Assembly: GCA_030704615.1 (NCBI GenBank)
Contig: CM060731.1
Coordinates: forward strand, 54,498,001-54,562,000
Direction: 5' to 3'
Source of the DNA: Takakia lepidozioides
Lineage: Eukaryota; Plantae; Bryophyta
Length of the DNA: 64,000 nt
Below, piece after piece: positions 50,168 through 60,868 of the stretch; the first letter of the stretch is position 1, and each line of letters starts with the position of its first letter. The notes under the pieces were generated by a model. It saw only the letters and a program-made list of their open reading frames with translations, was not told the origin of the DNA and did no database searches. Both the position numbers and the translations under genes were made by a program.

Positions 50168-52510
50168 CCAGAATACATATATTATACCATAGATATGTTG
50201 AGTTACAACTCTGTACCAAACCAGGCTAGGTACAGAGCATACTTAAGCTCTCAGACACACACAGACATGTAGTGCTACCATAACTACGAAGGAGCAACCT
50301 TACACACACAACTTAGGCCCCCGCCGCACTGGTGGCTAACTAGCCACTGCTAGCCACTGTTAGTTAGCCACTGTTAAGCAGTGGTTAGTTAGCCCGGGAT
50401 AATGTGCAGCCGCACTTATGGCTAAAAGTTAGCAATAGCTAGCGAAGGTTATCCCGCGAACTGCCCGCCGAGCGCCGTTGGAGCTGCCCGTAGAGGCAGC
50501 GAGGACGCCATAGCTGCGAGCTCGAAACATGTGGACCTCTTGTTTATGAGGACAAAAAATTACATGAGGTTGTATTGCATGAAAATCAACTACTGCGATC
50601 ATTCAGGTGTGTGAAACTGAACTGCTGCGTTTTTTACAATTGAACTTATCGATCGATATTTCTAGATTGGACTTCAAAGCTGCAGTGTCACGAGTACTGT
50701 CAGTTAGACCATCCACTCACCTCCCACTCAGTCCATTCTTTTGTGGAACGTGGACTTTACATAAGTGCTCGAAGTCGGGAGTTGACCGACAGGCCCTCTT
50801 GTATCTCGGCCTTGATGATCCATGGACACGTTCTTAAGAATATCAGTAACTGGGAGACTAGTGTGTTCGTAGACGCACGATTGTGGTCTTTTAATTCTCT
50901 CTTTCTCTGTATATATATAGATCCTGTTCAAGAATGCACATGTCTCCCTAGCTTGCAATATCATGCAGGCCAGTGACAATACTGTTTGACCGCCTGCCGC
51001 ACGTCCATTTCTACCAATGGGATTGACATGATTTCCCATCGGCTGCTCATTGGCTGGCTTGCACAGAGAGACCGACAGGCCGCTCACAAGACGCCAGTAG
51101 GGCGGGAGACAGTGAGCCCAGAAAATTATTCGTAGTGCGGAGTAAGTTGGTTGCCAAAATCCACAAGGAATGCATCATTGATAAGGTTCTTCTAAGTGAC
51201 CAGTCTGGACCTCTATCAGAGAAGGCGCAGGTCGACGCCTTGAATCGTGTGCTAAGTACTGTGCTGCGTGGGCATTACAAAATGTTAATGCACTACTCCA
51301 CTTAAGCCCGATAATCTAAGGGGTCACAGAAATATCACACCCTCGTCGATTTCCTCCTAACATTTGGGAAACTATAGATGTGGGCCTGCATGTGCATGCA
51401 TAAGACTAGATATAACTGCAACATGTGGGTTCTATTATAGCCCATTGTACTAGAACTAACGCAGACAAACTGTCCACTCCCTTAAGAGCTAGAAGTTAAC
51501 TGGATTGAAAAATTCTCCATGTATGTCAAGGTTTATCTGCAAGCGAGGCGTGGCTTCTTGACCCATCTCTAGGTCCTACGGGTGATCTTGGTGAGGGACT
51601 GCATGGCCGAGTTTTCATTTTACTGTCAAGCCCGCTAAAATGGGTCAGCCTCAATCTTGGTAACATGCTCAAGATGCACTTGAGTGTAATTGATTCTTCA
51701 GTCATTTGTACCAATCTGGACAGGCAGATTGTCGCGGCCCTTTGCCTTGAGGGCAGGGGGTCGGGACATGTGAGGGGCTGCCCCTGTGGTGGGGGCTGTG
51801 GCAACATTAGTTGCGGGGGCTGAAGCACCCTTGAGTGCCCAAGGCACTCAAGGAGGCGGAGGCGCTCACTAGGTGGAGCCCCGCACACCGGGTTGCGGTG
51901 GGGGTGGTTCCACGAGGGGTGGTGGTAGCTTAGTGGGACTTAGTGGGGGTGGCATAGGACTCACTATGGGGGCGGAGACCTTGTGGTGGGAGTCGTGGGG
52001 AGTCTTGGGACTCATCATAGTCCAATGGGACCGTGGTGGGTGGGCTAAAACTCACTGCGACTCATCACCGGGAATCGAGGGTTTTCGTGGTGGTTCGCCA
52101 TAAAATGGCATGGTTGTTTGTGAAACCCCCGCGGATAGGCACAGAAGTATATATAGGGAGTAGTAAACCCAAGAACGGTGCAAGCCCGTTGGTGCCCAAA
52201 AACTAGTGAGTAAGCGTGCGAGCTGGAAAGCGACCAAGGTGTGGGGAGCTATTCCGGACTGCCATCGACCATAGAGAATTTCCACTAGGCCCAAATTGGG
52301 AGAGGGTCTTGTGGAGGAGTAAAGGGGGAGCATTATGTCCCGGTGAGCAGCTGAAGCTCCGAGTTGGCCCGGCGGCCAATTAGGGAGTTAGGCGCACGCA
52401 TCAAAACGAGTAATTGTGACTTGAAGGGGAGCTTATCGAAATGAGGTGCGCAACACTTGGTATCAGAGCTTAGAGTTTAGTACGCGATCGTCCTTGGGAT
52501 CGGCCTCATC

Positions 52511-55500
52511 ATGGGGTCGGGCAAGCCAAAGCGAAAGCGGAATGGCCCGAAAGATGATGATCCTGGTGAGTCCAATGGGGGCGACGTGTCACCGAAGTGG
52601 CCATTTGAGGAAGCGACGCATGCTTTTGAAAGCGAGGCCGCTCAAGGACTGGAGGAATTTGAGGAGTCGGAGCCCGAGGAATTCCTGAGAGCTCCAACAG
52701 ACCAACAGATGCCTCCCATGCCAGCAGCCTTTTGGGAAGGGTTGTTGGCGCAGTTTGGCGGGACGTTGAAAGACGTGTTGAAGGCGGCTAATGCCACTTC
52801 CACTAAGGCAAAGTTTAAGGTGAAGCCTAAGGAACCCAACACCTTCGAGGGCGTCCAAAATCGGAAGGCACTCAACACCTGGCTCTTGGAGCTAGAGTAG
52901 TACTTCCGGGCGGCCATGTTGAGTGACGAGGATCGGGTGGAAGTGGCTCCCACCTATTTGAGGGGTTATGCTAAAAAATGGTGGCAGAAACGCCTTCACG
53001 ACCGAGGTCCAAACCCGGAAACCTTGAACTGGAGTGGGTTCAAGGAACTGATGAAGAGACAGTTTGTGCCCCTCAACGCGTCCTGGCTCGCCCGGGACAA
53101 GATGATGATGAATCTGAAGCAAACGGATGACATTCGGGGATATGTTCAGGCTTTCAATGTGTTGTTGCTTGAAGTTGCGGACATGGCAGAACCAGAAATG
53201 GTTTTCAACTTTGTGGCGGGACTGGCCCCATGGGCTAGACGGAAGTTGGAGGAGAAGCCACCTAAGACTTTGAACGAGGCAATTGAGAGGGCTGAATGTT
53301 TCTCGGATGTCCCTAGGGGCGAAAGACAAGGCCGTACGGAGCTGAACCACAAGAAGACCCGGTGGGAGGGTGACTCCTTTCGATCGGAAAAGAAGTGGGA
53401 TAGGCCACGCGGCGACAATGGCATGTGGAAATCGAAGGGAGGGCCTTCACACACCAAGACAACACCGGGTGCTCCGAAAGGAAAATCAGGTTTGACGCCT
53501 TATGGCGGACAAAAGACGACCTTCGATGGAGTGTGCTTCAATTGTGGGGAGCCCTGGCACATGGCCAAGAAGTGTACGAATCCCTAACAATTGAACATGA
53601 CTCGGGCAACCACGGAGTTGTCCGAAGCTTCCATCAGCCACTACAGCAAATGAGGGGGGTTTGCGACGTTAGCCGCGCCTCCACGGCTTGCGCGGTGCTG
53701 AGCCTGCGACGCCGAGCCCGCGGGGTTTTTTTGTGACGCTCCGGCGTCGCAATCGCCCGCTGCAAAACCGTTACGACGCCCACCCGTCGTAAGGTGGCAT
53801 GAAAGGGGAAAGAGGGCCCTCGCTGCGCCGGATTTTTTTTTCTTGCGACGCCCCGACGTTGGAAATCCCTATATATATATATATTCTTGGGACGTTGCGA
53901 CGCCAGGGCGTCGCAACAGCATCACCATAGTGGGAGTTTTTTTATTTTTTTTGGGCTTTGTGGCCCTCATTCACAAAAGCGTCGCTGGGGGCGCCCTGCG
54001 CAGGGACGCCCAACGTTGCGACGTTAGGGGGTCGCAACAGCGTCGCCACAGGAGGTCGCAATGGTGTTGTGGTCAGCTTAGGTCATCACAAAGACGTCGC
54101 TTGGGGGCGCCTGGCGGTGGTGGGGGGGTGCAACAACGGCGACGATGCTGGGGCTGGGGCTGGGGCTGGGCACTAAGGCTGTGGAGGTTGCAACTCCCCG
54201 GCGTCACAAGAGAGACCCCCTTAGATTGAACTTGAAGGCTCTTGAAGGAATTCTTTATATGTGTATATATATATTTAGATTGCTTTTGTGATACATAGAT
54301 GTAGCGTAGGTGTGTTGGTTAGTTTGTAGTGTCTTAGAAATGTTATAACGTGGAGGTCTTAAGTCCAAGTATGCATTGCATCTGATATGTAGAACAATGA
54401 ACATATCGCCATTAGACAGAACCGGAATCAATGGTAAATGTCGGAGTCAATGGTCAACACGTTTTTGAAATTCAAATTTCAAATTCAAATTTACCCCCTT
54501 AAATTGTGACGTCCGGGCGTCGCACTTTGCGACCCCCGGATGGTGCTAATTCTGCATTGCAGAGTAGTTTTTTTTTTTCCGACGCCCGGGCGTTGCAAAT
54601 CGCGTCGGTGTCGCAAATCGCGGTTTCGTCTATTTGCGACCCCCATTGGTCGCAAATTTGCGATGTTTTTTTGGCGACGCCCTTGCGACGCCCAGACGTC
54701 GCAAATTTGGGTTTTCCCCCCTGCCCAAAAAGGGATGTTTTACGACACTGTAGTGTGAATGCAGGGGAGTGACATTGAAATTTTTGTTCACCGAGATTCT
54801 GCATTTCTACAAAAGAGAGGGCCCTGGTACCAATGTGAAAATAGGTTGAGTTGTCCCTGCAATTTATTCCATACATGTTTTTAGGTTACATCATGGGAAC
54901 GATGGGGACTATTGGCCAGGATGAAATGCTCAATTTTTTTCATACATGCTATGGGCGGAATTCATCCCTGCCTACAGGTTATTTCATGGGCACACTATGC
55001 TGATACTTTGCCAGGATGAAAGTGGCTAAGTCATGACCAGGCGTATTTTCATTCGGAGGATGAATGGATTACATCCATGCTTACTGGATGACTCCCAGGA
55101 ACGAGGACAAAGGATCCAGTACCAAGGATGCAATGAATTTGTGATTAACTCTGTTAATGAAACCTAGCACGTTTTCCGTTCGTGAAAATGGATGACTTTC
55201 ATCACTGGTGGTTACCCTAGAAACGCGGGACGAGGAAGACGAAGGGGAAGATGACGGGGGCTCTGAGCACATGTTGCGAACAGTGGAATTGGCAGGGCAT
55301 TGTGTCAAAGGCGATTGCATCTACACTGGGGCATTCTGGCTTGCATTAAGGGAAGTGTTAATGTAGAGGATAAGGGCACAACTTGGTAATCTATGCAGCA
55401 AAGGAAGCGGTGCCGCCATCTTCTTGGTAATGATCAATTTCTGGAGGATATGCTTACAGGGAGATCGGTGTGGCATGCGATGGAGCAATCAGTTAACAGG

Positions 55501-58500
55501 CGGTGCCGTCGCTGCTATGGTGAATGGGTAGCTTAGGGCTTGCTGGAGGATAATCGTGCAGGGAACAGCTTGGAAGAGTTGTGCTCAAGCCAGGTGAAGG
55601 GAGGCAGTGCTGTCACTAATCTTGTGCAACCACCAGAGCCGCCATTGCCTTGATGATCATGATCATGGGAGGATGAGCATGCAAGGGAAACGGCCAGCTA
55701 CCAGAGAACAGGGAGGTGGGTTGCTGGCACAATCAATGGAGAGTTAGGATGAAGAGCAGCTCGACATAACGAGCATCTGCCAGACGCGAATGAGGGATTG
55801 CTTGTGGATGGTGACTCAGGTTATCTGTAAATAAGGAGGTAAAGAGTGGAATGTACAGATGCAGGAAGCTTTCAGATGATCATTGTCTTCTTGTTATAAG
55901 ATCATATCAGATCTTAGGGTAGATTTGCTTAGACAGTGAGATAGGGTAGTTAGTTGGCAGGCTACAGGGGTGTTGCCATAGGCTGAAGCAGGGCCGTCAT
56001 GACTTAATGAACGCTGGAATCGTCAAATCCAGACGACAAGAGGAGTTAAGGTAGCTGTTGACGGAGATGGTGAGGTGCCATTTGGGCAGGCAGACCCACC
56101 GCTTCACCTGGAGTATAGGTAAGACAGATAAGTTTCGTAGACACGAGGCTTTCTTCTTTTTTGGCACTTAGGAATCGTTGTTGTGAATTTTGGTAGAGAC
56201 TCTCAAACTGAGAGCGTGATGAGGACAGGAAACAGACTTTGAGAAATGGAATGGGGACTCTGGACTTCAAACCAGGATGGGGTGGAGATGAATGGATCTG
56301 ATGCACATGTCTGTAGGAGTGTTGAGTGAGGGCAGATGTAGTTCACCCACAGTGACAGAATGCTTGCTGTTTGTTTTGTTTTTGCTCCTTTGGCTTCAGT
56401 ATCATGAATCTGCATACAATGCGGCTCTGGGATTTTGATGATTAGATGTAATGCAATCCAGTGTAGTTGATGTGAGCACTAGTGAGGGTTAGCTGTAACC
56501 TCTTTGAAATCAGAAAGAGGAAGAGGTGGATGGGGCTGCAAACTGACACTGATGTGGAGTTTAGAACTGGTTCAGAGTGGACTCAACATTTGAACTTTGT
56601 GGTTCAAATCTGAAAGGGCAAAAGTGAGCTGTTGGGGTGTTTAGATGCAGATCTGTAGAAGGGTTGGGAACTGACTGACAAACTGGTTGTTGTCCCTGGA
56701 GGCAAACAGTGTGAAGGGTCTGTTTTGGCTGAGAGAAAGACTGATGGAAGAGCTGATCATGTCTTGTGTGACCAAGGTTTGATTCCAAGGCTGGATTCAC
56801 TGGATACATGGCTGAATGTGTTTGCATTGCATGTAGATAGGCTATTGGTTGGAAGAAAATGAGGAATTTTACAGCAGGAAGGAGAGAGAAAAGGTTTGGG
56901 AAGGGAGATAGCTGCTCAGTAAAAGGGGTAATGAGGGATGGTCAACTGGGAGATAGAGGAAAAACCATGACATCTGCAGAGAATCACTAGCCTGTAATTC
57001 ATGGCAGATCTGAGTTGCCTTTTCTTTATCAGTGATCTCATTACAAAAGGGGTTTCGACGTGTGTTGCTCAAGGGTGATGCCCACATGGGTCGCATTTAG
57101 CTCCGTCATAGGGCTGGTTGTATCACTGAAAACATCACAGCAGCACATTGGTGCTGCAATTGTATAAAGATTGTGTAAATCATGAACAAGAAGGATTCAA
57201 TCCCCATCCATGTTTTCTCTTCCGCTGCGGCGTGGATGAGGATTTATGAACTCTGATCATGAATGATAGGAGGGAAACCCATAACCGTGTGCCGCTGGTA
57301 AATTGCTAGGTTGTTCTTTTTATTGGAAGAAGTACAGTTAGAATTACACAGAGGGGGATTTATGCCCCCTTCTTTTCACACTACAACGCCGCGGCGTGGC
57401 CGCGGCGACGCAAACCCCCCCTTTTCATGTAGTGAGCCGCTTGGTGGAGGCAGTGGTCGCCAAGACTTGCAAGGTAGGCAACTACTCTTGTGAGTTGTAT
57501 CAGGAAACTGGCGCCTTGCGTAAAGGGAGTCAGTTAATGTTTGTGAGTGGGATAATCTCCGGAACTAACGTGTCATTGTTGGTGGACACAGGAGCGTCGC
57601 ACTCCTTCATGACACCGGCAATGGCACGGAAGCTGGGACTCCCGACAAGTGATGTGGGGGCCTCTATTGAGGTGCGTTCTGCTAAAGGAGAACCACAATT
57701 GGCGACGAGGTTGACGTTCAATGTTCCTCTTCAGCTCGGGAGTTGGGAGGGACGTGAGCACTTCACCATTTGCGAGATCGATGGAGTGGATATGATTTTG
57801 GGGATGACCTTTTTGAGCAGATCCGGAGCGGTCATAGATGGCCGCAAGAGAGTGGTCACGCTACCGTGTGGGAATGGTGGCGAAGTTTTACGAGTGTCAT
57901 AAACGCCCAACCCCGTGGGAGGGCGAATAAACCTTCTGTCAGCAAGGGAGTGGGCCGTGGAGGAGTCACACGAGCCCCAGTTTTTGCTTTATGTAAAACA
58001 AGTGAAGGGGGAAGGCGATGGGGAGCCGAGCCCAGATTGGATCAAGGGGATTTTGGAGAAATACCAAGATGTGATGCCGGAGGATTTACCAAGCGGCTTG
58101 CCACCGCGAAAGGGAGTTGACCACAAGATTGAGGTGATACCGGGATCGGAGCCGCCTGCCAAGGTGCCCTACCGGTTGAGCCACAGAGAGTTGGTCAAGC
58201 TGAAGACTCAGCTCAAGGATCTAATGTCAAAGGGGTACATCCGGCCGAGTAAGTCACCTTACGGAGCCCCAGTGCTATTCGCAGACAAGAAGGATGGGAT
58301 GATGCGGATGTGTATCGATTACAGGGCCCTGAACAAGGTGACTATCAAGAACCGGTACCCCTTGCCAATGATCGACGACCTCTTCGATCGATTGGCATGA
58401 GTGAAGTATTTCAGCCGGATCAATTTGCGCTCCGGGTATCATCAGATCCGAGTGGTGGAAGGAGATGAGGAGAAGACCGCGTGCAAGACAAGATATGGTT

Positions 58501-60868
58501 CGTATGAGTTCTTGGTGATGCTTTTTGGGCTCACCAACGACGCGACCTTCAGCACACTAATGAACAGCCTTTTCCAGGAGTGGTTGGATGACTTTGTGAT
58601 GGTATACGTCGATGACCTACTGGTGTACTCGAAAACAAAGGAAGAGCACCCGGAGCACCTCAAAAGGGTGTTCCAGAAATTGCGAGAAGGGAAGCTGTAT
58701 GCCAAAGCTTCAAAGTGCGAATTCGGGGTCACAAAAGTGGAGTTCCTGGGGCATGTGATTACACAAGATGGGATCAAAATGGATGACAGAAAGGTGAGGG
58801 CGATCTTGGACTGGGAGCCTCCAACTTCGGTCCCGGGAGTGCGATCCTTCCTAGGACTCGCCTCCTATTACCGGAAGTATGTGAGAAATTTTGCCAAGAT
58901 CGCGGTGCCGCTGTCAGATCTTCTGTGTAAATCCAAGGTTTGGGTATGGAACACCTTTTGTTGTCAAGCTTTTGCCGAGTTGAAGCAGCGGATGGCGGAA
59001 GCTCCAGTCCTCAAAATCCCGGAGTTCGACCGTCCATTTGAGATTCATACGGATGCGTCAGACTTCACTATAGGGGGTGTACTCATGCAGGATGGACGTC
59101 CAGTGACTTACGAAAGTAAGAAACTGAATGAGGTAGAGCGACGGTGGCCGACGCACGAGAAAGAGATGAAGGCGGTGGTGCATTGCCTTCAGCTTTGGCG
59201 CCACTATGTTGGTTCCAACCCGGTGAAGGTATTCACGGACAATGTCATGGTGAAGTATTTTGCCACGCAGCCTAAGTTGTCCCCAAAACAACTTAGGTGG
59301 CAAGATACTTTGGCGGTGTTCGACGTGGATATCCAGTACAAACCGGGACGGGACAATGTGGTGGCCGATGTTTTAAGTAGAAAGCAGCAGCTCATGCTGG
59401 TGTACAAGGGCGAGACAACGCTCCAAAGGAAGATCCGGAAGGCTTACCGGAAGGATGAGATGACAAAGTCCGTGATGCGGGACTTGAGGATGGGGATTAA
59501 ATCGTAGTTCCACTTGCAAAATGGACTGCTCCGGTACAAGCAAAAGTGTCTCTACGTTCCGAAGGGAGAGATCAGAGATAATCTCTTGAGAGAATGCTAT
59601 GATGGCCCGCTTGCGGGCCACGACGGAGCCAAGCGCACCGCGGCACTCTTGAAGAAAGAGTATTTCTGGCCCAAACTGAGAGAGGAGGCCGAGGAGTATG
59701 TCAAGACATGCACCACATGCCAACAAAACCGGAGCGAGTACAAAAAGCAAGCGGGGCTATTACAACCCTTGCCGATTCCAGAGGGGTCTTGGGAAAGTAT
59801 CTCCATGGATTTCATGACTGCTATGCCGCTGTCAAAAGGATTCGATGCAATCATGGTGGTGGTGGATGGGTTCAGTAAAATGGGTCATTTCATCCCCACC
59901 AAGGAGACGACAACGACACAGGAGACATGGCGACTTTACTTCGCCCACGTCTTCAAGCATCATGGACTCCCGAAAGATATTGTCTCGGACCGCAATCCAA
60001 AGTTTACGAGTAAATTTTGGAGGGTACTTTGGAAGAAGATGGGGACGAGGCTCAAGATGAGCACCGCCTTCCGATCTACGACGGACGGCCAAACGGAAAG
60101 GGTGAATTCCGTGGTGAAGCAGATCTTGTGGAATTACGTGTCGGCGGACCAATCGGACTGGGTGGAGCACTTGGACGCGGCAGAATTCTATTATAATAAC
60201 ACAAAACACTTCGCAACAAGTGTTTCCCCTTTCGTATTGGTCTATGAAAAAGCACCTCTAGTGCCGACAAATTGGGCTGCCCAAGACGTTGAGGAACCGG
60301 CAGCAGGAGCGGTGTTGGAGGAACACGAGCGCTTGTTGAAGCTCGCAAAGTACAACATCGTCATAGGAAACGGTATGAATGGCAGGTAAATCGGAAGTGG
60401 AGGGAAGTCAAGTTTGAGGCAGATACGGAGGTCTGGTTGAACATCAAGAATTTTCGACTACCTCCGGAAGTGAGTCCGAAGTTCGTACCTCCATATGCGG
60501 GACCTTTTCGCATCCGGAAGGTTATGAATGAGGATGTGTATGAATTGGAGCTGCCGGAAAACAACAAGGTGCATCCGGTATTCCACGTCTCCCTTTTGAA
60601 GCCTTACTTCAAAGATGAAGCGCGTCCGAATCGGCATCAAGTGTTGCGTCCACCACCTGTGCTGTTAGATCATGAAAATGAACCTGAGTACGAGGTGGAG
60701 GCACTGTTTAAGTCGAGGCGGTTCAAGAATCGAGAAACGGAGTATCTCGTGAAATGGAAGGGCTATCATCATGTGGAGGCATCTTGGGTGCGTGCCTCAG
60801 AAATGGGAAACGCATTCGAGGCGGTTGCAGCTTTCGAAGGGCGACCTCAAAAACGGAAGAAGCGTTGA
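52511..60868 (+). pseudogene. Disrupted gag-pol of the chromovirus, ending in a group I chromodomain
   Basis: ORF pieces 52511-53587, 57435-57902, 57915-59507, 59514-60389 and 60437-60868, separated by single stops, frameshifts and the CACTA insertion. Confidence 0.95.
53639..57434. mobile_element. Composite non-autonomous CACTA element
   Basis: Outer TIRs CACTAC...GGGGGGTTTGCG and CGCAAACCCCCC...GTAGTG; TSD AGC at 53636-53638 and 57435-57437; GCGACG subterminal repeats; additional internal termini GTAGTG (ends 54755) and CACTAC (starts 57379). Confidence 0.92.

Noticed and set aside
51730-52060. G-quadruplex-like G-rich tract and Pro/Gly-rich ORFs in the LTR
   Set aside because: Common property of plant LTRs; the ORFs are compositional artefacts.
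53639-54755. CRISPR-like or iteron-like array of GCGACG repeats
   Set aside because: Irregular spacing and both orientations; these are CACTA subterminal repeats.
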